49,995 bases of DNA from a virus (lineage: Duplodnaviria; Heunggongvirae; Uroviricota; Caudoviricetes), in the IMG/VR virus record IMGVR_UViG_2721755643_000006, positions 1-49,995 of that record; one strand, 5' to 3'. The notes under the pieces are model-generated. The model had not been told where the DNA came from. It did no database searches and worked only from the letters and a program-made list of their open reading frames with translations. Both the position numbers and the translations under genes were made by a program. This document shows positions 37,194 through 45,854 of this stretch, piece after piece; the first letter of the stretch is position 1; every line of letters starts with the position of its first letter.

Positions 37194-37667
37194 CTATTTC
37201 ATAAAAATAATCCAGTGGGTTTTATCGTTTTTTCCTGTTCGTTGACCGATAACAGGTTTTCTGTCGGTCAGTACCAATATTTGGCGAACAGGTATTTGCG
37301 TTTCATTCCATTTAAAAATCAGAACGCCGGATGGACGCAACACACGAAAGGCTTCTTTAAATCCCTGCCGCAAATCATCACGCCAGGTATCTTTATTCAG
37401 CCGTCCATATTTCTTTCCCATCCAGGCGTTATCACCAACACGCTCAAGATGCGGAGGGTCGAATATAACCATCGAAAAAGATGCGTCTGCAAATGGTAGT
37501 GCACGAAAATCAGCTATCAGATCAGGACTGATAATCAGGCATCGTCCATCACACAATGTGTGCTCTTCCTTTCTGATATCGCTAAATATCGCCCGGTCGT
37601 CATTCTTATCGAACCAGAACATACGGCTGCCACAGCACATATCAAGAATGGTTACCGGTGTACTCAC
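37194..37667 (-). CDS. Small putative methyltransferase (DPPH motif)
   Basis: VIFDPPHLER resembles motif IV of amino-methyltransferases; only 157 aa. Confidence 0.5.
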   Translation of the reverse strand: MSTPVTILDMCCGSRMFWFDKNDDRAIFSDIRKEEHTLCDGRCLIISPDLIADFRALPFADASFSMVIFDPPHLERVGDNAWMGKKYGRLNKDTWRDDLRQGFKEAFRVLRPSGVLIFKWNETQIPVRQILVLTDRKPVIGQRTGKNDKTHWIIFMK

Positions 37668-38086
37668 AGCATCACCTCCTGAAAGTTACCCTGATAGAAC
37701 GCCAGCACACGCTGCATAACCTTGCTTTTCCGGCACTCGCGACAGATTATGTTCTGACGCCTGTCGTAGCGGCGTATTTCTCCGTCAGGTAATGACCAGA
37801 TAAGGTCCGGATCAACAACAACCGGTTTCCTCACCTTTACTCTCAAGAGTTTTTTGCGGGCGCTTTGCCAGTCCTTGCGAGCCTGTTCAGACGGGAATAA
37901 GCCGTAGCCAGAATTATATACATCACCACTTGCGACCAGTTCCATGCATAAGCGACCGACAGACGCACGACTGATACCTGTTTCATCTGACAACTGCCGA
38001 ATCGTGACCCGACCGTCCTGATGCACGAGTTCCACAATTCGCGTCTTCAGTTCTTCCCGCTGTTCGGGAGTAAAAGGTTTCGCCAT
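37664..38086 (-). CDS. Hypothetical protein with predicted HTH and C-terminal Cys motif
   Basis: IRQLSDETGISRASVGRL HTH-like segment; CRECRK motif; downstream of the DnaC-like gene. Confidence 0.45.
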   Translation of the reverse strand: MAKPFTPEQREELKTRIVELVHQDGRVTIRQLSDETGISRASVGRLCMELVASGDVYNSGYGLFPSEQARKDWQSARKKLLRVKVRKPVVVDPDLIWSLPDGEIRRYDRRQNIICRECRKSKVMQRVLAFYQGNFQEVML

Positions 38087-38100
38087 AAATCCTCCTGAAA

Positions 38101-38847
38101 CTACTTAACAACCCTCGAATGGCTAACATTCGGACGCCAGCTCTCCCAGTTAAAATTCACCCAGCGCCCGCCGTTCATGACCATGCGATCCATCACCCGC
38201 TCGCCGAGAAGTGTATTCATCGCTGCATGGTTAATATTTGTCAGCATCCCCACACCGCGTAACGATGCCGTCCGGCGATCAACAATCTGGTTCAGTACCA
38301 CCTGCTCGTTTTTCGTATCCCGCTGCATGCCAATTTCATCCAGGACCAGCAGGTCAACACCACAAAGCTCCTGTAAAAATTTTTCACCGGATTTGCCGTT
38401 GTCGTAGCTCTCATGCAACACGCTCATGACATCGGACACGGTGACGATAATCACGCTACGCCCCTTCGCCATCAGCCGGTTGCCAATCGCGGCTGCAAGA
38501 TGATTTTTTCCGGTGCCGGGCTTACCGCTGAACACAAAATTCGTACAGCCTGTCATCAGTTCGTCAGCTATGGATTTCGCCTGACTCAGTGCATGTCGCT
38601 GACCGTCGTTCTGCGCCCGGTAATTCGCAAACGAACACTTCCGGTGCAACGGCTGGATGCCGGAGCGGTTCAGGATTTTTTCCACCCGCAACTGACGATT
38701 CTGACGGTTAATCTCCCTGCAACGCTTCCGACCTTCAGCAAGCTGCCACTCCTGCCATTCTTCCGCCGTCCGGAACAACGGTGTCACGTGCTGCGGTACC
38801 AGCCTGCGAATACGTTCCAGAGCGCCCCCTGACGCAATGTTTTTCAT
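38101..38847 (-). CDS. DnaC-like helicase loader (IstB-type AAA+ ATPase)
   Basis: Walker A FVFSGKPGTGKNHLAAAIG and Walker B LLVLDEIG; Rac YdaV-like. Confidence 0.9.
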   Translation of the reverse strand: MKNIASGGALERIRRLVPQHVTPLFRTAEEWQEWQLAEGRKRCREINRQNRQLRVEKILNRSGIQPLHRKCSFANYRAQNDGQRHALSQAKSIADELMTGCTNFVFSGKPGTGKNHLAAAIGNRLMAKGRSVIIVTVSDVMSVLHESYDNGKSGEKFLQELCGVDLLVLDEIGMQRDTKNEQVVLNQIVDRRTASLRGVGMLTNINHAAMNTLLGERVMDRMVMNGGRWVNFNWESWRPNVSHSRVVK

Positions 38848-38853
38848 GGTACG

Positions 38854-39963
38854 CTACCCCCTGAACCCCGGCGGTATTTCAGTATCCGGTTCAGAAATTT
38901 GATTCACACAACGCTGGTTGTTCGTACCGCTTACCGGGAGCAACCAGGGGTTTTCAAAATTCCGGTCCGGTCCAAAAAACGTCGTCGCTCGCTGAACAAA
39001 TTCCGTTCCCGTTTTCCCGGTAGCCGCCAGATATCTTGCGTAACGCCTCACGCCATCCAGCATGGCCTCTGGTGGCACCCCCTCGCGTAATCTGGCCTTC
39101 CAGGCACTGAAAGCGGATTTCTTCGGGTTTGCCCCGGCACGCAACGGGTACTCCCGCCAGACCTGTTCGAACACGTCCGGATAATCCACTCGTCCCACAG
39201 GCTGCCCGGTGTTTTCCGGGACTACCCAATCGGCTTCCCGCTGAATGGCGGAATCGGCTTCAGGCTGCTGCAGTTGGTGTGATTGCTCCGGCCTTGCGGT
39301 CATCACCTGCTGCACAGCGCCCGAATCGGCTTTCAGCGCATACGCTGAATCGGCTTCCGGTGTCGTGCCTGCTGGCTGACCAGGATTGACGGTCTGAACA
39401 TCCCCTGCCTGGTTCGTGGCGATTTTTTCGCCATGAACCATAGTGTTTTTGTCCTGTTCCTGTTCTTTCTCCTGTTCCTGTTCTTGGCTTCGAAGCCCCT
39501 TTAAAGCCCCTTCGAAGCCCCTTACCGTATTTCGGTTGTTATTTCGCCTTACATCCAGATGAAAATCCGTCTTATATCTGTCATAAAACGCTGAAAGAAA
39601 AGCGTTTTCAGGTAATGACGCATATTCACTCCTGACACCTGCACAACGGTTATCGCCAGGCTTTAACTTTCCCCCAACCTGCCAGGCTGCCATTTCATGG
39701 ACCCAGACCATCTCGGAATCATGGTCATAACTGCAAAAACCCACTTCGACAGCCCTTCGAAGCCCCTTCGAAGCCCCTTCCGGACCAAGCCCGGTTTCAT
39801 GAGCAAGGTACAAAACCGGCAGGTAATACAGGCCCAGCATGTTTGCGTGAGGGGATGTCATCAGGTAAAAAGCAACCACCTGCGCTTCTGCGCCTGCCTT
39901 TCTGAGTTCTTTCCCCGTTTCTCCCAGCCAGAATCGCGGGGAAACTTTTGCGTAATCACGCAT
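38854..39963 (-). CDS. Replication initiation protein (lambda O-like N-terminal domain, YdaU-like)
   Basis: N-terminus MRDYAKVSPRFWLGETGKELRKAGAEAQVVAFYLMTSPHANMLGLYYLPV typical of phage replication initiators; GAGGTG 4 nt upstream; contains iteron-like repeats. Confidence 0.7.
   Translation of the reverse strand: MRDYAKVSPRFWLGETGKELRKAGAEAQVVAFYLMTSPHANMLGLYYLPVLYLAHETGLGPEGASKGLRRAVEVGFCSYDHDSEMVWVHEMAAWQVGGKLKPGDNRCAGVRSEYASLPENAFLSAFYDRYKTDFHLDVRRNNNRNTVRGFEGALKGLRSQEQEQEKEQEQDKNTMVHGEKIATNQAGDVQTVNPGQPAGTTPEADSAYALKADSGAVQQVMTARPEQSHQLQQPEADSAIQREADWVVPENTGQPVGRVDYPDVFEQVWREYPLRAGANPKKSAFSAWKARLREGVPPEAMLDGVRRYARYLAATGKTGTEFVQRATTFFGPDRNFENPWLLPVSGTNNQRCVNQISEPDTEIPPGFRG
39449..39784. 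repeat. Iteron-like repeats inside the O-like gene (candidate origin)
   Basis: Two clusters of CCTTCGAAGCCCC-type repeats (39488-39523 and 39751-39784) plus a CTGTTCCTGTTC repeat (39449-39487). Confidence 0.5.
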
Positions 39964-40184
39964 GTCCACCTCATCTGGTGCCGAACCTTCCTCCGGATAT
40001 AATCTGTGATTCCCCAATCAACAGAACCAGAGGAGGTTCGACATGTCTTTTTTGAAAAGCCTTTATCGGGCTCATATATTAAAAGTTGCAGCAACAAATC
40101 ACTGGCAAGAAGGAACAGATGAAATGTTGCCGGATTACCGGGCATGGCTGCGCGCCGAAACATACCTTCGTCTCGATATGCTGA

Positions 40185-40694
40185 TTAACGATCTTCAAAA
40201 AGAGGCTCCATCCACTCAAACCCTTCAGGGTGTCGGCGCTGTTCGCGTTCTGGTATCTCGCCATAACGCTCTCTCAGTAACTGAAGTGCGTCAGCTTTCT
40301 TTTGCTGAACTGATTTTCTTGCTTCAGCCAGCTCTGGAATCAGTGAATATCCCATCGGAGGTGTTCCGGTATCCGCCCCACGTGAACCAACAGCTACAAG
40401 CTGCACAAGACAACAGGCATGCTGGATTGACTCCCTGCTCAGAGGCTGAATGGGATCATTCTCTGCTGAAGAGATACCAAGATTTGTATAATCCTCAATA
40501 AGCCGGGCGCACGCTTCAGCATCAGCCAGTTTTTTTCTGGTTTCCTTGCGCTGTTCTCTGACGGACAAACGCCAGAGCAGCGCATTGGCTTTATGCATCA
40601 GCCACTCTGCCAGTTCCACATCAGATAAACCGCCACGCCAGATGTGTGGACTGTTTTCGTAAACGCTCAGTGTCAGTTTTTTGTCATTGGTCAT
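40185..40694 (-). CDS. Hypothetical early-right protein
   Basis: 169-aa ORF from MTNDKK in the operon strand; overlapped antisense by ORF 40043-40501, see findings. Confidence 0.45.
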   Translation of the reverse strand: MTNDKKLTLSVYENSPHIWRGGLSDVELAEWLMHKANALLWRLSVREQRKETRKKLADAEACARLIEDYTNLGISSAENDPIQPLSRESIQHACCLVQLVAVGSRGADTGTPPMGYSLIPELAEARKSVQQKKADALQLLRERYGEIPEREQRRHPEGFEWMEPLFEDR

Positions 40695-40707
40695 ATTTAT
40701 TGCCCCG

Positions 40708-41133
40708 TCAATGCACAGCCAGAGTATTTCCTGCCGGACCACCACGATTCATCTGATCGAACAGAACGATCGCTGATGCAACGAAATCATCGATATCTTT
40801 CACCAGCTGTTCCTGCGTCTCCAGCAGTTCCCGAAAATAAACTGAACTGTGGCTGCGCATTCGGGCCACCAGCGGAGGCGGCATTGCCTTTTCGATCGCT
40901 GGTAACAACGCCTGAATTTTTTTAACAGCATCAGGGGTGTCTTTCTCTATCCAGCGGAAAATTTTCTGAGTATTGCGAGCCAGGGCTTCCGGATGGCTGT
41001 CGTCATATAGCTCCGGGAACGTCATACCCAGCTCAAAATAAGCCCAGGTTATTTCAGCTGCCGGAACTTTTTCACCGTCCGGATGCGCCCAGGCATTCAT
41101 CGCCATGCGGATGTGTTCATGCTTGATTTTCAT
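40708..41133 (-). CDS. YdaT-like protein (Rac prophage family)
   Basis: Begins MKIKHEHI and ends ...AVH as remembered for Rac YdaT; follows the Cro-like gene. Confidence 0.55.
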   Translation of the reverse strand: MKIKHEHIRMAMNAWAHPDGEKVPAAEITWAYFELGMTFPELYDDSHPEALARNTQKIFRWIEKDTPDAVKKIQALLPAIEKAMPPPLVARMRSHSSVYFRELLETQEQLVKDIDDFVASAIVLFDQMNRGGPAGNTLAVH

Positions 41134-41136
41134 GAA

Positions 41137-41418
41137 TCAACCTCCATCAGCCTTTTTGGTGTTAAGTTCATATTTGTGACGTGAAGGAGACGTGATTCCA
41201 GTGTATTCGGGCCATATAAGATCCCAGTCATTAGGTCTCAATTCTCGTCTTGTAACATGTCCTCCAGTTTCTGCTTCTATCATCAACGCACGAACAGGAG
41301 ACACAGGTGAAGTTCCAGATGCCATTTGGGACAAGAAAGACGGAGACACACCAAGATTGGTCGCAAATTTTTTTGCTTCTCCAGTTTTTAATGATTTGAT
41401 GAATTCCTTTAGCGTCAT
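41137..41418 (-). CDS. Cro/DicC/YdaS-like HTH protein, first gene of the early-right operon
   Basis: 93 aa with HTH (ATNLGVSPSFLSQMASG), divergent from the DicA-like repressor. Confidence 0.7.
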   Translation of the reverse strand: MTLKEFIKSLKTGEAKKFATNLGVSPSFLSQMASGTSPVSPVRALMIEAETGGHVTRRELRPNDWDLIWPEYTGITSPSRHKYELNTKKADGG

Positions 41419-41520
41419 AATTTTTATCTCAGCACATTTAGAACAAGTAAAAGTTTATACGCAACTAAATAAACCAGTCAAGTATTTGCTTGTTTTGCGA
41501 TTACTAAAGATAATGCATGT

Positions 41521-41892
41521 ATGGAAACAAAAGAGATTCGGCGTTTACGCCTCAAAGAGTGGTTCAAAGACAGGACTTTGCCGCCTAAAGAGAAAAGTTA
41601 CTTATCTCAGTTAATGAGTGGTAAAGCTACGTTTGGCGAAAAGGCAGCTAGACGTATTGAGCAAACATATGGGATGCCTGGGGGGTATCTTGATATGGAA
41701 CCTGAAGATACAACAGAATCTCCGTCATCAAGATCTATGGCATTAACTCCTAACCAATTGGAATTGTTGCAAATATTTAGTGCTTTTCCTGACGCTGAGC
41801 AGCAGGAAATCATAAAAGAGCTAAGAAACAAAAAAGAGGCAATGGAAGATCTTGTTGCACGTTGGTTGGCGCGGCAAGGTCGCCGAGCCTGA
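41521..41892 (+). CDS. DicA-like prophage repressor (HTH_XRE plus DicA-type C-terminal domain)
   Basis: HTH segment and C-terminal LTPNQLELLQIFSAFPDAEQQEIIKELRNKKEAMEDLVARWLA parallel to Qin DicA. Confidence 0.75.
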   Translation: METKEIRRLRLKEWFKDRTLPPKEKSYLSQLMSGKATFGEKAARRIEQTYGMPGGYLDMEPEDTTESPSSRSMALTPNQLELLQIFSAFPDAEQQEIIKELRNKKEAMEDLVARWLARQGRRA

Positions 41893-41922
41893 CGTGATAC
41901 TTACTAAAACAAGAGATATCAG

Positions 41923-42384
41923 ATGGGCGTACTCGAAATCAGTGCTCTTAGAATTAAGATGCTTCTATTGGCAAAAGGCTGGAGCCAAGCAGAACTTGCG
42001 CGCAGAATTGGTATTGCTCAACAATCCGTCCAAAGGTGGGTTTGTGGCATCTCAAGCCCTACAGCAGCCAACCTAGATAAACTATCTGATGTGACTGGAT
42101 TTCCTCAGTATTGGTTTTTCTTACCATTAAATGAAGAAAATAAGGACAGGGCACAGGATATATTAAAAATAACCCCTACGCAAAAGGAACTACTTCAAAC
42201 ATTTGAGGCATTTCCAGAGGAAGAGCAACAGCAAATGCTTAAAGATATGAAGGAGAAAAAAGAGACAATGGATCGTATAGTTGCAAAGTGGCTAGCAGCA
42301 CAACAAAAAGTTCCTAGGCAGGATTACCAGTACTTACAAGACGAGGTTCACCATGAACACGGCCCTTTCACCAATGGTTTCTGA
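41923..42384 (+). CDS. paaR2: PaaR2-like regulator of the three-component TA system (DicA paralogue)
   Basis: HTH (LLLAKGWSQAELARRIGIAQQSVQRWV) plus C-terminal domain paralogous to the upstream repressor; directly precedes paaA2-parE2. Confidence 0.75.
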   Translation: MGVLEISALRIKMLLLAKGWSQAELARRIGIAQQSVQRWVCGISSPTAANLDKLSDVTGFPQYWFFLPLNEENKDRAQDILKITPTQKELLQTFEAFPEEEQQQMLKDMKEKKETMDRIVAKWLAAQQKVPRQDYQYLQDEVHHEHGPFTNGF

Positions 42385-42544
42385 ATTTGAAACCGTCGAG
42401 CAAGAAAATAGTTATAACGAATGGCTGCGTGCAAAAGTGGCCGCAAGCCTTGCTGATCCACGTCCAGCCATTCCCCATGACGAAGTTGAACGCAGAATGG
42501 CTGAACGCTTTGCTAACATGCGCAAGGAACGGAGCAAACAGTAA
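42353..42544 (+). CDS. paaA2: PaaA2 antitoxin
   Basis: MNTALSPMVSEFETVEQENSYNEWLRAKVAASLADPRPAIPHDEVERRMAERFANMRKERSKQ nearly identical to E. coli O157 PaaA2 as recalled. Confidence 0.82.
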   Translation: MNTALSPMVSEFETVEQENSYNEWLRAKVAASLADPRPAIPHDEVERRMAERFANMRKERSKQ

Positions 42545-42832
42545 ATGTTACCGGTTTTATGGCTCGAAAGCGCAGATGCCGACCTAGATAATATAACCAG
42601 CTATATTGCACGTTTTGACATAGATGCGGCAGAACGTTTGTGGAAACGCTTAAGGACTTGCGTCCTGCCATTATCTGAACATCCGTATTTATACCCGCCA
42701 AGCGACAGAGTGCCTGGTTTGCGTGAAATTGTAGCTCACCCCAATTACATCATTCTGTACCGCGTGACAATTTCAGGCATTGAAATTGTTAACGTAGTTC
42801 ACGCCCGCCGACAGTTCCCTGTAACACCTTAA
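42545..42832 (+). CDS. parE2: ParE2 toxin (RelE/ParE superfamily)
   Basis: 95-aa ORF whose start abuts the antitoxin stop (TAAATG). Confidence 0.82.
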   Translation: MLPVLWLESADADLDNITSYIARFDIDAAERLWKRLRTCVLPLSEHPYLYPPSDRVPGLREIVAHPNYIILYRVTISGIEIVNVVHARRQFPVTP

Positions 42833-42843
42833 TCCCCCTAAGC

Positions 42844-42867
42844 CCCTCTCAAGAGGGGTTATTCCTG
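42844..42867 (+). terminator. Possible weak terminator after parE2
   Basis: CCCCTCT-CA-AGAGGGG hairpin followed by TTATTCC. Confidence 0.3.
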
Positions 42868-43097
42868 CCAAAGAGTTAAGTTAAATATTGACTGTTTAGT
42901 TTATTTTTGCATAAACTAGTTTTACCAACCCACTCCGCCCCACAGAACGCAGGGCAATACTTCGAGTTACCAGGCAGTGGTCAGGGGGTAAGTAGCCAGC
43001 CCGAGGCGTAAGAACATGACGGCAGGGTTCAACTTTAATAACTATGCAGCAGGTTTTTTGTTCCGCCACCCCGGCGTTAAGGGGAAATGAGGTCAGC

Positions 43098-43253
43098 ATG
43101 GATACTATCGATCTTGGCAACAACGAATCTCTGGTGTGCGGCGTGTTTCCCAACCAGGACGGCACGTTCACGGCGATGACGTATACCAAAAGCAAAACGT
43201 TTAAAACCGAAAATGGTGCCCGTCGCTGGCTGGAAAGAAACTCAGGCGAGTGA
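43098..43253 (+). CDS. ydfA: YdfA-like small protein
   Basis: MDTIDLGNNESLVCGVFPNQDGTFTAMTYTKSKTFKTENGARRWLERNSGE nearly identical to Qin YdfA. Confidence 0.8.
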   Translation: MDTIDLGNNESLVCGVFPNQDGTFTAMTYTKSKTFKTENGARRWLERNSGE

Positions 43254-43254
43254 T

Positions 43255-43383
43255 ATGGATTTCGACGCAGTCATGGAAAAGGCTTACGAAGAATACTTCG
43301 AAGGCCTTGCCGAAGGCAAAGAAGCTCTCAGCTTCAGTGAGTTTAAACAGGCGCTTTCCAGTTCGGCAAAATCTAACGGCTGA
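43255..43383 (+). CDS. ydfB: YdfB-like small protein (42 aa)
   Basis: MDFDAVMEKAYEEYFEGLAEGKEALSFSEFKQALSSSAKSNG; start overlaps ydfA stop; below ORF-track cutoff. Confidence 0.7.
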   Translation: MDFDAVMEKAYEEYFEGLAEGKEALSFSEFKQALSSSAKSNG

Positions 43384-43412
43384 TAAGCGAAACAGCACCG
43401 CGAGGAATCAGT

Positions 43413-43631
43413 ATGCAGAAACGAGAACCCGTCATCATCGCGCCAGACTATACCGATGATGAACTTTATGAGTGGATGCGCCAGAAAATTAATGCAGCGC
43501 AGGATCTGAAATGGGCCAATGAAGCCAGGGCTAAGCAGGCTGAAAATCTGTCCGCTCTGGAGCAGGATATCACCAATCTGGAAAAAGCAGCGGCATTAAG
43601 CATTGCCAGAATGATTGCATACCCGCGTTAA
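43413..43631 (+). CDS. ydfC: YdfC-like protein
   Basis: 72 aa in the Qin ydfA-ydfB-ydfC order. Confidence 0.75.
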   Translation: MQKREPVIIAPDYTDDELYEWMRQKINAAQDLKWANEARAKQAENLSALEQDITNLEKAAALSIARMIAYPR

Positions 43632-43653
43632 TAGCTAACCAACGAGGCTAATA

Positions 43654-43983
43654 ATGGAATTTAAAGATTTACCAATGCCATTCCAGGAAATGGCAGCGAA
43701 TATAGTTCGTTCCCAACTGGCGACTCTTGACCTGAGTACCGTAGAAAAAGAAACCATCGATACTATATCCGGTAACGTGCGTCGTGCCTTTATCGGTCTG
43801 TACGAAGAGAAGCAGCTCTCTGATAACCAGGATTTACATGAAAAATACTTCCTGGATCTAATGGACATCATTGATAAGGGGTTTGGCTTGTTAATGAAAA
43901 AGAAAGGGATTCGAATAGAACCCCTTGAAAATTACTTTGCAACAAAAAGCATTAATTCTTTTGATTCAAAACAAGAGAATTAA
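43654..43983 (+). CDS. Hypothetical protein (109 aa)
   Basis: GAGG 8 nt upstream of ATG; AT-rich; no family recognised. Confidence 0.5.
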   Translation: MEFKDLPMPFQEMAANIVRSQLATLDLSTVEKETIDTISGNVRRAFIGLYEEKQLSDNQDLHEKYFLDLMDIIDKGFGLLMKKKGIRIEPLENYFATKSINSFDSKQEN

Positions 43984-44227
43984 TTACAGATTTAACATGC
44001 TCTTTCTCATGATTGAAGCTCTCATGATTGAAAGTGCCTGGTTGAAGCGAGTCGATATAATCAACAAGACTCTGTCGTACGACTTCATTTTTATCCATTA
44101 CAGATGCAAGAAATGAAATTGCTAAAAGAGTTATATCACTACGCGCCGCAGCATGCTGCAATGCTTTATCAAAATTATTAATCTGGCGTATCAGGGAGTT
44201 AATGATTTCATCATTTTCAGTCGACAT
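43952..44227 (-). CDS. Hypothetical protein (91 aa), antisense to the early-left operon
   Basis: ATG at 44225-44227 preceded by AGGAGGG with 5-nt spacing; 3' ends of this and the preceding + gene overlap. Confidence 0.5.
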   Translation of the reverse strand: MSTENDEIINSLIRQINNFDKALQHAAARSDITLLAISFLASVMDKNEVVRQSLVDYIDSLQPGTFNHESFNHEKEHVKSVINSLVLNQKN

Positions 44228-44554
44228 TTCACCCTCCTGAGGGTTGGTGATTAAGGAGTTCTCCACGGGTGAGGTGGAGTGCGTGCGCCGGACACGGGTG
44301 AGCATCCGGCACTGACAGTTTACTGAAAGGATATTTCCCTGAAAAGTCAGACCATAACGCGAAAGCGCACGGCGAGGTAGCTGGTTCATAGATAGCCTGT
44401 CGTTAAATTATCGTCGACCGTACGCTTCCGGTTGTGGCAATCCGCGAAATGGCGCGGCGGTAAGTATGGCAGGGGTACTATTCTCCCTCCCCTGTGGAGC
44501 ACCGGGTTGTCAGGTTGACCATACGCTTAAGTGACAACCCCGCTGCAACAACCC

Positions 44555-44616
44555 ATGTTGATTACCTTTTGGCGGGTATCCGTTTTTTGTTTTCCCTTGT
44601 GATACCCGCCCTTTTT
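44555..44616 (+). ncRNA. dicF: DicF-like small RNA with intrinsic terminator
   Basis: TTTGGCGGGTATC...GATACCCGCCCTTTTTAAAGTGAATTTTGTGATG resembles E. coli dicF and its 3' flank as recalled; hairpin 44571-44610 followed by CTTTTT; upstream of dicB; 5' boundary uncertain. Confidence 0.5.
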
Positions 44617-45097
44617 AAAGTGAATTTTGTGATGCGGTGAATGCGGCTCAGCGCACGCGGAACAGTTAAAAAGCGATTAGTTCCCACGTATCGGGTGGTT
44701 ATGGGTATCCCTGTATCCGGCGTTAATTGTTAACTGGTTAACGTCACCTGGAGGCACCAGGCACCGCATCAACAAAGTTCACTTCGGTGATGAAAGGAAA
44801 GAGAAAATGTTGAATGTAGCTATTGAAAACCAGAACGGGTGGAATTATAGTGCACCTGCACCTCATAAAACGGGTGCCGGGATTGGCCTCCTGTTAATCA
44901 CATTGGTGCCTGAACACGCGCCAAAAGCGTGTTTTTTGTTGCCTGCATTTCATCATTCAATGGCAGCTCAGGCGGGAGCTTCTCACGAAGCGCCGGGTTC
45001 CGATGTGACCGGTAAGGCCAATCCCGTCTGGGCTACCACCAATCGGATTGGCCTCTGCGGTGGTGGCAGTACTGCTTTCACATCGGAGGATGCCGTT

Positions 45098-45655
45098 ATG
45101 GCTACTATCACTACCCTTTCTCACCCTTGTGTAACCATCGAAAATGGTCGCGCTGTCACCACATCTGTCGCCATTGCGGAATTCTTCCGCAAAATGCATA
45201 AAGACGTTCTGAAAAAAATAGACAACCTAGAATGCTCTGAGAAATTTAGCGGGCGCAATTTTGCGCCCGCCGAATATCTTGATGAGCAAGGCAAAAAACG
45301 CCCAATGTACCAGATCACCAAAAACGGCTTCGTTTTCCTGGTGATGGGCTTCACAGGCAAAAAAGCCGCTGCATTCAAGGAAGCCTACATTGCTGAGTTC
45401 GACCGCATGGAGGCCGAACTGCGCCAGAATAACACCCCACCTGCTGACAAGATGATTCCGGGTGATGGTCGCACTCTGGTTGTTCACTTCGACAAATTCG
45501 GCAATGTCGAATTCACCGAAACCGTTCCTGATGGCGCACTGGTCTGTACCCTGGAGACTTTCCGGTTTTATCTGGAAAAACAGGGATGGACTCTTGTTAA
45601 CCGGGGCGCAATTAAAAATATGACTGTGGAACAATTACTCAAAATTCATTGTTGA
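45098..45655 (+). CDS. Rha-family phage regulatory/antirepressor protein
   Basis: Rha-like N-terminus (VTTSVAIAEFFRKMHKDVLKKIDNL) and the C-terminal domain shared with 31716-32276; GGAGGA 7 nt upstream; the longer ORF-track N-terminus is probably not translated. Confidence 0.72.
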   Translation: MATITTLSHPCVTIENGRAVTTSVAIAEFFRKMHKDVLKKIDNLECSEKFSGRNFAPAEYLDEQGKKRPMYQITKNGFVFLVMGFTGKKAAAFKEAYIAEFDRMEAELRQNNTPPADKMIPGDGRTLVVHFDKFGNVEFTETVPDGALVCTLETFRFYLEKQGWTLVNRGAIKNMTVEQLLKIHC

Positions 45656-45665
45656 GGACGCAATA

Positions 45666-45854
45666 ATGGAGACGTTATTACCAAACGTTAATACGTCTGA
45701 AGGTTGTTTTGAAATTGGTGTCACTATCAGTAACCCTGTATTTACTGAAGATGCCATTAACAAGAGAAAACACGAACGGGAGCTATTAAATAAAATATGC
45801 ATTGTTTCAATGCTGGCTCGTTTACGTCTGATGCCAAAAGGATGTGCACAATGA
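45666..45854 (+). CDS. dicB: Cell division inhibitor DicB
   Basis: METLLPNVNTSEGCFEIGVTISNPVFTEDAINKRKHERELLNKICIVSMLARLRLMPKGCAQ nearly identical to E. coli DicB. Confidence 0.9.
   Translation: METLLPNVNTSEGCFEIGVTISNPVFTEDAINKRKHERELLNKICIVSMLARLRLMPKGCAQ

Noticed and set aside
39449-39790. Short tandem repeats that might suggest a CRISPR array
   Set aside because: Repeats are 12-13 bp, lie inside a coding gene, have no regular spacers and no cas genes nearby. They are interpreted as iterons or coding repeats instead.
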